Shown one piece after another: positions 1-8,861 of a DNA stretch of 32,000 bases (position 1 is its first letter; each line of letters begins with the position of its first letter). This stretch comes from Phycisphaera mikurensis NBRC 102666 (GTDB taxonomy: Bacteria > Planctomycetota > Phycisphaerae > Phycisphaerales > Phycisphaeraceae): assembly GCF_000284115.1 (NCBI RefSeq), contig NC_017080.1, positions 2,130,001 to 2,162,000 of the forward strand. The letters run 5' to 3'. Made by a program: the position numbers and the translations under genes. The notes beneath the pieces are model-generated. The model searched no databases and was not told the origin of the DNA. It saw only the letters and a program-made list of their open reading frames with translations.

Positions 1-1008
1 GATCAGGCGGAGGGCGGCGTTGACGTGCTCGCGGATGCCGCAGTCCAGCGCCGTCATCCGCAGCGGCTGGACCTCGCTGCGGCCGGTGCCGCCGTACGCG
101 ATCAACGAGAGCTCTTGCGGAACCCGAATCCCCGCCCGGGCGGCGGCCCCCGCGGCCGCATAGGCGAGCTCTTCGCCGATCACCAGCCAGCCGGTGGGGC
201 CCGCCGGCTCGCTGCGGAAGCGAGCGAGCATCTCGTGGTACCCGGTGACCTCCACGGGCACCTCCGGCGAGCGACGCACCCGCAGCAGATCCGGCGACCC
301 GGCCGCCTCGCCGCGGCCCAAGCCGATCGCCTCGCCCCAGACGCGGATCTCGTTCTCCAGCGTCGCGGATCCGAATTCGCCGTCGAGCACGACGAGCCCG
401 ATGCGGCGGTGGCCGTGCTCGCGGAGGTGGGCGACGCAGAGGTTGATCCCGCGCTCGTCGTCGCAGACCACCGAAGGCACGCCGGTCTGCTCGAGCCGGA
501 CCCCCAGCGACGCGACGCGGCCCCGGGCGCGGGTCATCGCCTGCCGCACCTCATCGAGCGGGTCGAAGTGCGCCCCGATCACCAGCGCCCGCTCCCCGCC
601 CTCGATGGCGGCCACCGCGATGTGCTCGTCGCCAACCATCATCCGGATGATCCGGGGATCCAGGCCGTGGGCGCGGGCCGCGGCGATCCCGTCGTGAACG
701 AAGGCCGTCGCCTGCGTCGTGTCCTCGGGCCCGTAGATGAGGCAGAGGCGGTCGCCGACGCGGTCCGCCGCCACGCCGGGCCGCACGAACACGCCGCGTG
801 GCTTCCGCTTCTCCACCAGCCCGTTGATCGTCAGCCGCTTGACCGCCTGCCGCACGGTGTTGCGGTGGAACCCGTACCGGTCGGAGAGTTCCTGCTCGGT
901 CGGAAGCTGGTCCCCCGGCCGCAGGCCGCCGGCCCGCAGCTCCCGCAGCAGGTCTTCGTACACGAGTTCGTGCTTCGCCTTGGTTCTCGATCGCGATCGG
1001 CTTCTCCT
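1..1008 (-). CDS. Transcriptional regulator, GntR-type N-terminal HTH fused to LacI-type sensor domain (3' end outside the window; start codon uncertain)
   Basis: Minus-strand translation (frame not in the ORF track because it is open at the edge) gives ELVYEDLLRELRAGGLRPGDQLPTEQELSDRYGFHRNTVRQAVKRLTINGLVEKRKPRGVFV (GntR HTH), then LacI-like text including ERGINLCVAHLREHGHRRIGLVVLDG. Confidence 0.82.
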
Positions 1009-1212
1009 GATGGTGCGGCCTCTTGGATGCGACGAGAGAGGGATCCGGCCCGGCTGATTCCGGATGCGATCCGGGCCGCTGGCGGGTCCGAGGGCGAGCG
1101 GGCTCGGCTCCGGAAGAGAAGCACGGGGCCTCGGCCAGGCCCAGCCTACCTCCCACGCGACGGCGTTGGCTGCGATCGCGGGGCCCGCGGGCGCGAGCAG
1201 CCCAGCGGTCTC

Positions 1213-2391
1213 TTAGAGGGTGGCGTCGGCGCGGCCGGCCGCCGCGTCGCCGAAGCGGGCGCGGATGGCGTCCACGGCGGCGTCGACCCGGGCGTTCCGC
1301 CCGCGGACCGCGGCGTCGAAGAGGCCCAGCTGCTCGCCGTCCGCGGCTTCCTGGAGAGGCCCGGCGGTGACGCCGAGCAGGCGCAGCGGGCGGAAGTGCC
1401 GGTGCGCCCAGGCGTCGAAGAGGGCGCCGGCGACGCGGCGGAGGTCGGCGGTGGCGTCGCTGGGCGGGGACACGACGGCGGAGCGGGTGACGGTCTTGAA
1501 GTCGCCGGTCCGAAGCTTCACGCTGACGCCGCGGGCGAGGAGGCCTCTGGCCCGCAGGCGTCGGGCGACCTCGTCGCATTGGGTGGCGAGCACGACGCGG
1601 GCCCGCTGGGGATCCGGCAGGTTGATGCCGAAGGTCCGCTCCTGGCCGACGGACTTCCGCCGGCCGCCGGTGGAGACGGGCCGCTCGTCGCGGCCGTGGG
1701 CGAGGTCGAGCAGGTGAGCCGCCTGGGCGGGGGAGAGGCCCAGGCCGCCGGTCGTCCCGGCGGCGCCCGCTGCGCGGAGGTCGGCGATCGTGCAGACGCC
1801 GCGACGCTGGAGCTTCTCGACGAGCGCGGGGCCGACGCCGGGGACGCGGCCGATGGGCAGCGGGGGGAGGATCCGATCGACGTCTCCGGGACCGATGACG
1901 GTGAGGCCGTCGGGCTTCTCCAGGTCGCTGGCCAGCTTCGCGAGGAACTTGTTGTGCGAGACGCCGACGCTCGCGACCAGGCCCGTCTCGGCGAAGACCT
2001 CACGCTTGAGCTTGAGCGCGACGTCGCGCGGGCTGCCGAACAGCTTCGCCGACCCGGTCACGTCGAGGAAGGCCTCGTCGACGGAGAGCGGCTGCACCAG
2101 CGGGGTCACCCGCTCCATCACCTCCCGGACCTTCCGCGAGGCGACGCGGATGGCGTCGCCGGAGACCTTCACGCAGACCGCTTGCGGGCACAGACGCAGC
2201 GCGACGGCGGTGGGCATGGCGCTCCGGCAGCCGAACACGCGGGCCTCGTAGGAGGCCGTCGTGACGACACCGCGGGGCCCGCCGCCGCCGGTGAGGACCG
2301 GCCTGCCGCGCAGGCTCGGATCGTCCCGCTGCGCGATCGCGGCGAAGAAGGCGTCCATGTCGAGGTGGAGGATGGCGCGGAGCGGCGGCAC
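1213..2391 (-). CDS. dinB: DNA polymerase IV (Y-family)
   Basis: 392 aa: ILHLDMDAFFAAIAQRDDPSLRGRPVL, SYEARVFGCRSAMP, SVDEAFLDVTGS, SHNKFLAKLASDLEKPDG, C-terminal EQLGLFD clamp-binding-like motif. GTG start. Confidence 0.96.
   Translation of the reverse strand: MPPLRAILHLDMDAFFAAIAQRDDPSLRGRPVLTGGGGPRGVVTTASYEARVFGCRSAMPTAVALRLCPQAVCVKVSGDAIRVASRKVREVMERVTPLVQPLSVDEAFLDVTGSAKLFGSPRDVALKLKREVFAETGLVASVGVSHNKFLAKLASDLEKPDGLTVIGPGDVDRILPPLPIGRVPGVGPALVEKLQRRGVCTIADLRAAGAAGTTGGLGLSPAQAAHLLDLAHGRDERPVSTGGRRKSVGQERTFGINLPDPQRARVVLATQCDEVARRLRARGLLARGVSVKLRTGDFKTVTRSAVVSPPSDATADLRRVAGALFDAWAHRHFRPLRLLGVTAGPLQEAADGEQLGLFDAAVRGRNARVDAAVDAIRARFGDAAAGRADATL
1301..1346. repeat. 46-bp dyad element, near-exact copy E, within dinB
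   Basis: CCGCGGACCG 1301..1310 and CCGTCCGCGG (1 mismatch) 1337..1346, same 26-nt spacer. Confidence 0.5.
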
Positions 2392-2453
2392 GCGGGGAGC
2401 GTACGGGCGATGGTCGGTGGGACGCCGACGCCGGCCGGCGGTAGATTCGCGGC

Positions 2454-3242
2454 ATGACCGGCCGTTGCGTCGCCATCGGGTTCCTCTGCGGGCTGCTCGC
2501 GCTGGGGGGCTGCCGCGGCCGCTCCTCGCTGGACGGCGCGGTGGTGCGGACGAGCGAGGTGCCGGCGGAGGGCTCGGTGCGGGGACGGCCGACGCTGGGC
2601 AGCCCCATCCGCATCGGCAACTCGTCCACGGCGCTCATCCCGTTCGCCTTGGGCGAGCCGAAGACCTTCGGCGATCGCTTCCGCCTGCCGACCAAGGAGA
2701 CGATCCGGGGCTGGTTCTTCGGGCCGCCGGTGCCGCGCGAGGGGAACCTCTTCGCGGGCCCCGGGCCCCAGGCGATCTACTGGCAGAACGCGGTCTTCGC
2801 CGACCCGCTGACCGGCCGCGCCGAGCCGCTGCTGCGGCACCGGGCGGTGATCGTGCAGGCGGTGCTGATCGACCGCCAGCAGGCGCCGGCGCTCGCGGAG
2901 GGTCTCTGGGCCTTCACCGTGGTCAGCCGCGACACCAACGGCGACGGGTGGCTGCGCGGCGACGACACCGGCGTCGTGCTGCTGACCTCGCCGACGGGCG
3001 CCTGGGCCCGGCTGGCGACCGGAGACAACGACGATCGAGGCGGCGAGCAGCTGGTGTCGATCAGCGAGCAGCCCGGCACGGCCTTCCTGCTCATGCGGCT
3101 CCGCCGCGACGCCGACGGCGACGGCCGCTTCACCACCGAGGATCCCGTGGAGCCTTGGGTGATCGACCCCGCCCGCGGCGGGCCCGCGGAGCGGCTGGTG
3201 CCGCTGGAGACGGTGGGACGCCTGGAGCGGCTGGCCCGGTGA
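2454..3242 (+). CDS. Hypothetical secreted/lipoprotein
   Basis: 262 aa with N-terminal hydrophobic segment and lipobox-like LLALGGC; two acidic DxNGDGxL / DADGDGRF loops. Confidence 0.75.
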   Translation: MTGRCVAIGFLCGLLALGGCRGRSSLDGAVVRTSEVPAEGSVRGRPTLGSPIRIGNSSTALIPFALGEPKTFGDRFRLPTKETIRGWFFGPPVPREGNLFAGPGPQAIYWQNAVFADPLTGRAEPLLRHRAVIVQAVLIDRQQAPALAEGLWAFTVVSRDTNGDGWLRGDDTGVVLLTSPTGAWARLATGDNDDRGGEQLVSISEQPGTAFLLMRLRRDADGDGRFTTEDPVEPWVIDPARGGPAERLVPLETVGRLERLAR

Positions 3243-3312
3243 GGCGGGCCGCCGCCGGCCGGGGCGGAGTCGGACACGCCGGCGTCGGGAAGCGGAGCGG
3301 GCGTTGACGCAC

Positions 3313-3454
3313 CGTGCGCGATTCTCCGACCGCCTCTGCGGGCGAGTCGTGCCCCTCGCTTCGTCGGCTGCATCGCCCTGCAGGAGCGGGGCTGCTCCGC
3401 CTCCTCACGAGGAACACGACCCGCGGACGCAGGCCAATCGGAGAACCGCGCACG
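3313..3454. repeat. 142-bp region bounded by 17-bp inverted repeats (16/17), with further internal pairing
   Basis: CGTGCGCGATTCTCCGA (3313..3329) versus the reverse complement of TCGGAGAACCGCGCACG (3438..3454). Confidence 0.8.
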
Positions 3455-3459
3455 ATCCT

Positions 3460-3925
3460 CTAGGCTGCGCCCGCTGCGTGCGGTCGCGGCGGGACGCGAT
3501 CCCGTCGAGGAAAGTCCGGGCACGGCAGGACACGGCGGTGGGCAATCCCCACCGGGCGAGCCGGTGACGGCTCGCCAAGGGAAAGCGCCACAGAAAAGCC
3601 GGCGGGCACGCCGGCCGGTCGCGGGGTTCGAGCCCCGTGGTCGTACCGCCTCGATGGGCTCGGGCCCGGGAAGGTAAGGGTGAAAAGGTGCGGCAAGAGC
3701 GCACCGGGCGTCGGGCGACCGACGCCGGCAAGGCAAGCCCCGCCGCGTGCAAGCCCATGCAGCTCCCTCCGCCGATCTCTCGGCGACCGCTGGTCCGGCG
3801 GGAACGGCAGCGTTCGGGGAGCGGGTCGGGTGCTCGAGGCCGTCGGCGACGGCGGCCCCAGAGGAATGACCGCGTCGGGGGCTCGTTCCCCGGCAACAGA
3901 ACCCGGCTTATCGCGCAACGGCCGG
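3460..3925 (+). ncRNA. rnpB: RNase P RNA, bacterial type A-like (boundaries approximate)
   Basis: Conserved core: GAGGAAAGTCCGGGC near 3507, CACAGAAA near 3590, AAGGTAAGGGTGAAAAGGTGCGGCAAGAGCGCACC near 3671, AGAGGAATGACCG near 3860 and ACAGAACCCGGCTTATCG near 3896. Confidence 0.95.
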
Positions 3926-3980
3926 CACCTCCTTGACGGGGGGTGTCGGCTGCGCGGGGACGCTCCCGTACGATCCGCCC

Positions 3981-5048
<1,068 letters not shown>

Positions 5049-5057
5049 GGGGGGGGC

Positions 5058-5165
5058 ATCCGCTTCGCGGATCAAGAGACGGAGAGACGGAGAGACGAAG
5101 ACGGGCAGGCGAGACATCGCTTCGCTCGTCCGCTCCCGGCTTCTGTCTTCGTCTCTTCGTCTCTT
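5058..5165. repeat. Hairpin plus imperfect GAGACG-rich inverted repeat between the oxidoreductase gene and clpP
   Basis: ATCCGC-TTC-GCGGAT at 5058..5072; AAGAGACGGAGAGACGGAGAGACGAAGAC (5074..5102) versus GTCTTCGTCTCTTCGTCTCTT (5145..5165). Confidence 0.75.
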
Positions 5166-5299
5166 GCTCCCCCCGGTCCGACCCGGAGATGTTTCCAACG
5201 CGACCGATCCGCCGCGTGCCCCACCGCCGCCCAACCGCGCGTCTCCGTCTCTTCCCAAACCAGCCCGGCCGAAGGCCGATCGCTCTACCCTCCCCCCCT

Positions 5300-6100
5300 A
5301 TGAACCTGCCCTTCAACCCCCTCGCCCTCGCGGCCTCTTCCCCCGCGGCCGGCGTGAACTTCTCCGGGTCGCACACCGGGTCCGTCGCCAGCCACCTCGG
5401 CGACATGGACCCGCGCTTCCTGCCGGCGCAGCCGCGGAACGCGCCGCCGGGCATCGGCCGGTACCGGGAGATGACCATCGACGAGCTCCTGCTGGAGAAC
5501 CGGGTGATCTTCTTGATCGGCGAGATCCACCACGGCTCGGCCATGGGTGTGGTGATGCGCCTGCTGCACCTGCAGAACACCAAGCCCGGCCAGGACATCA
5601 ACCTCTACATCAACAGCCCCGGCGGGGCGGTCGACGACACGCTCGCGATGATCGACACGATGCACTTTCTCTCGTGCGACGTCGCGACGTACTGCATCGG
5701 CAAGGCGATGAGCGGCGGGGCGCTCACGCTCGCCGCCGGCACCAAGGGCAAGCGCTACTGCCTGCCGCACGCGAAGGTGATGATCCACCAGCCCTCCGGC
5801 GGCATCTACGGGCAGACGACCGACGTGCAGATCCAGGCCGAGGAGATCCTCAAGACCAAGGACGAGCTGAACCAGATGCTCGCCGAGTTCACGGGCCAGC
5901 CGCTGGAGCGGGTGACCGAGGACAGCGAGCGCGACCGCTTCTTCAACGCGGAGGAAGCGAAGGCGTACGGCCTCGTCGACGAGGTGATCGCCAAGCCCAA
6001 GGACGCCGCGGCCACCGGCGGCGGCGGCGGGCTGCCGGCCTCGGGCGTGCCCATCGACGGGGGAGACGGCGGATCGCCGGCGGGCCCGCAGACGGCGTGA
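5300..6100 (+). CDS. clpP: ATP-dependent Clp protease proteolytic subunit
   Basis: ENRVIFLIGEIHHGSAMGVVMRLLHLQ, INLYINSPGGAVDDTLAMIDTM, GKAMSGGALTLAAGTKGKR, KVMIHQPSGG, TGQPLERVTEDSERDRFFNAEEAKAYGLVDEV. Ser, His and Asp catalytic positions are retained. Confidence 0.95.
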   Translation: MNLPFNPLALAASSPAAGVNFSGSHTGSVASHLGDMDPRFLPAQPRNAPPGIGRYREMTIDELLLENRVIFLIGEIHHGSAMGVVMRLLHLQNTKPGQDINLYINSPGGAVDDTLAMIDTMHFLSCDVATYCIGKAMSGGALTLAAGTKGKRYCLPHAKVMIHQPSGGIYGQTTDVQIQAEEILKTKDELNQMLAEFTGQPLERVTEDSERDRFFNAEEAKAYGLVDEVIAKPKDAAATGGGGGLPASGVPIDGGDGGSPAGPQTA

Positions 6101-6117
6101 GGCGGTCCGGGGTCCGC

Positions 6118-7056
6118 GTGACACCGCCCGAGGCAGCGAAGCCGCGCGACGGGGCCGGCCGTGGGCGCGTTGGCGCCTCCAGCCGGCTTGGCGCCACCCG
6201 CCCCGCCGCGCTGCTGTCGCTGCTGCTCGCCACGGCGGGCTGCGTGGGGGGCCCGCCGCCGCGGACCGCGGCGGTTCCGGGGCCGGAGGCGTCGCGGTCC
6301 GCGGATCCGCCTCGGAGCGCAGGAGCGGGCGCCGTCCTGCGGTCGGTGCTGGACGACGCGGCGATCGGCAAGCTCGTGGGCGGCTTCCGCACGGTCTGCG
6401 GCACCCGCGGCGAGGCGATCCGGGAGGTGGTGGAGGTGGCCGCCGGGGGCGAGGCGCTGCTCCTGCACACGCTGCTGCTCAGCGACCCGCCCGTGGCGGC
6501 GCGCTGGTTCGGCGAGGCCTGGACGCCGTCGCCCCAGCGGGTGCGGCGGGTCGCGAGCGACGGCCTCGTCGACGAGGTCGCCGCCGAGGCGGGTGCGGCT
6601 TGGCGGGTGCGGCTGACCGGACCGGCGGGGTTCCCGCTGGGCGATTTCGCCGGAGCGTGGACGCACGGCACCAAGGGCCCGTCCTTCACCGGGCGGTCGG
6701 CCGGCGGGCTGCGCCTCCCGCCGGTGCCCGGCGGCGGCGGCGGCGGCTGGCTGCCATCGGCGACGCTGCGGGTGGAACCGGCGGCGGGGCGGTGGTGGAT
6801 CGAGGACGACGCGGGCGAGCGTGCCTGGTCGAAGACGTCGCTCAAGGCCGATGTCGGGCCGCTGCCGCCCGGGCAGCCGGCGTTCTGGTCGGCGGTGGGC
6901 GAGCGGATCGATCGGCGGCTGGCCGCGGGACCGCTGCGGGTGTCGGCGGAGCCTTGGAGCGCCGCCTTCGCGGCCGCGGAGCGGGTCGCCCGCGGGGCGG
7001 TCGGCGCTGAAGAAGCGGCCGAGGAGCTGCTGGCTACGGTCGCGCCGGGGCGTTGA
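6118..7056 (+). CDS. Hypothetical lipoprotein
   Basis: GTG start 17 nt after the clpP stop; hydrophobic segment plus lipobox-like LLATAGC; 312 aa continuous ORF. Confidence 0.7.
   Translation: MTPPEAAKPRDGAGRGRVGASSRLGATRPAALLSLLLATAGCVGGPPPRTAAVPGPEASRSADPPRSAGAGAVLRSVLDDAAIGKLVGGFRTVCGTRGEAIREVVEVAAGGEALLLHTLLLSDPPVAARWFGEAWTPSPQRVRRVASDGLVDEVAAEAGAAWRVRLTGPAGFPLGDFAGAWTHGTKGPSFTGRSAGGLRLPPVPGGGGGGWLPSATLRVEPAAGRWWIEDDAGERAWSKTSLKADVGPLPPGQPAFWSAVGERIDRRLAAGPLRVSAEPWSAAFAAAERVARGAVGAEEAAEELLATVAPGR
6259..6304. repeat. 46-bp dyad element, copy A, within the lipoprotein CDS
   Basis: CCGCGGACCG 6259..6268 and CGGTCCGCGG 6295..6304. Confidence 0.7.
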
Positions 7057-8746
7057 GCCCGGTGGCGGCCGGGCCGCGCCGCACCCAGTGCTCGAGCCCG
7101 CCCACGCGGCCGTGGGGCTCGAATCCCGCCGCGAGCCAGGCGTCGACCACCGCGGCGACCGGGGCGTTCTTGCTCCGCGCGATGCCGAGGATGTCGGCGC
7201 TGAGCCACGCTTCGTCGACGTCGGCCGCCGCGAGCTCACGCGCGAAGCGTTCGTCCCAGCGGCGCGCGAGGTCTGCCGAGCCGGGGCTGCCGTGGACCGC
7301 GATGAGCACACGCGGGTAGTAGAAGGCGGTGGGCAGCGGGCGGCCCGAGAGCAGGTTGATCGAGGTGGCGTCGGCGAAGACGAACGCGGGCACGGCCTGG
7401 GGCTCCACGCCCGGAGGCACCTTTGCCCTCAGAGCGGCGGCGAGGGCCTCGGCCTCGGCGAAGGTGGTGCCCACGCCCGCGTTGAAGTCGGCGAGGTACG
7501 CCGCCCGCGGGGTGAAACCGGCGGCGGCCGCCGCGGGCTTCAGCTGGTTCGCCGCCTTGGCCGCGAGCGCGACGCCGACGGCGGCCGCGAGCACCAGCGA
7601 CGCGACCGACACCGGGCGGGGCACCGCGAGCCGGCCGCGCGCGAAGCCGCGGGCCGCGGTCCCGGCGGCGACGCCCGCGGTCGCGAGCGCGACGATCATC
7701 ACCGTGCCGTGCAGCCAGGAGAGGTGGTAGTTGAAGCCCTTGCCTTGCAGCAGGTACACCGCGAGCCCGGCGGGGAGCAGGACGAGCACGAGCCGCCGGG
7801 CGTCGGCGCCCGGGCCGGCCGCGCCGGCCCGGGCCGCGAGCAAGCCCAGGCCGACCAGGGCGGCGGTGCCGAAGACCGCCCACACGTCCGCCGCGAAGCG
7901 GCCGAGCAGCGCAAGCAGCGTGGCGGCGGGCAGGGCGTTGTCGCCCTGCGCGATCAGGTTGTAGACGAAAGCGGCGTCCACCAGCCCCGGCCACGGGGCC
8001 CCCTGCAGCCGCACGAGGACGAGCGCGATCAGCAGCGTGGCGGAGCCCCCGATGACGTTCCAACCCGCGCGCCGGAGGCCCCGCCCCAGCGGCTGCCCGC
8101 GGTGCAGCAGGTTGTGGACGAGAAGAGCGGGCGCTGCCACGAGCGCGAGCGGCTTGACCAGAACCGCGAACGCGACCAGCGCACCGACGCCGAGGTCGGC
8201 CGACGCCCGCGGCCGCCGCAGGGACGACACCTGCCACGCCGCGGCGAGCAGCGCCAGGTGGAAGCAGACCGCGTCGCGCTGGCCGCTGAACCAGTAGAGG
8301 CGCGGGTCGGCGTACACGAGCGGGTAGCCGAGCAGCACGGCGGCGGCGGCGACGGGGCCCAGTGCCGGCTTGAGCCACCGGGCGGTGGCCGCGGCGGCGG
8401 CGGCGGCGATCGCGAAGTCGAGCAGACGCCACGGGAAGACCGGCCCCTGTGGGAGCCACGCGATCGCCTGGTGCAGCCAGAACGCGCCCGGCCAGTTCAT
8501 GTCGATCACGCCGGCGTAGGGCGCCGCGCCGGCGTTCAGCCGCCACGCGACGTAGGTGAGCTCGAACTGGTCCGGGCTCGGCGGGACCAGGCCGTAGAGC
8601 CCCCCAAGGCCCAAGAAGAAGGTCGCGAGCAGCAAACCGCGGACCCGCCGCCGCCGGGGCGTTGCGCTCGCGACGCCCGCGGCGGCCGGCGCGTTGCTTC
8701 GCGTCGGGGTCCGGCGGTTCTCGGGACGGGGGGTGGCGGAGGGCAT
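7034..8746 (-). CDS. Multi-pass membrane glycosyltransferase-like protein (GT39/ArnT-like architecture)
   Basis: 570 aa with many TM segments: PDQFELTYVAWRLNAGAAPYAGVIDMNWPGAFWLHQAI, FNYHLSWLHGTVMI, and a soluble C-terminal domain. Confidence 0.75.
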   Translation of the reverse strand: MPSATPRPENRRTPTRSNAPAAAGVASATPRRRRVRGLLLATFFLGLGGLYGLVPPSPDQFELTYVAWRLNAGAAPYAGVIDMNWPGAFWLHQAIAWLPQGPVFPWRLLDFAIAAAAAAATARWLKPALGPVAAAAVLLGYPLVYADPRLYWFSGQRDAVCFHLALLAAAWQVSSLRRPRASADLGVGALVAFAVLVKPLALVAAPALLVHNLLHRGQPLGRGLRRAGWNVIGGSATLLIALVLVRLQGAPWPGLVDAAFVYNLIAQGDNALPAATLLALLGRFAADVWAVFGTAALVGLGLLAARAGAAGPGADARRLVLVLLPAGLAVYLLQGKGFNYHLSWLHGTVMIVALATAGVAAGTAARGFARGRLAVPRPVSVASLVLAAAVGVALAAKAANQLKPAAAAAGFTPRAAYLADFNAGVGTTFAEAEALAAALRAKVPPGVEPQAVPAFVFADATSINLLSGRPLPTAFYYPRVLIAVHGSPGSADLARRWDERFARELAAADVDEAWLSADILGIARSKNAPVAAVVDAWLAAGFEPHGRVGGLEHWVRRGPAATGLNAPARP

Positions 8747-8861
8747 CGGGATCGGCCATGGTGGAGGAGACCCGGGAGGTCAGCCGCCGCTCCATCGGTC
8801 CGATGGGTGCTCTCGCTGCCCCCGGGCTCCGCGCTCCCCCTTCGGACCCGCCGCTCTTCCC

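Noticed and set aside
3620-3640. tRNA-like T-arm sequence GGGGTTCGAGCCCC
   Set aside because: It lies inside the RNase P RNA and no acceptor, D or anticodon arms are found around it; it is an internal rnpB stem-loop.
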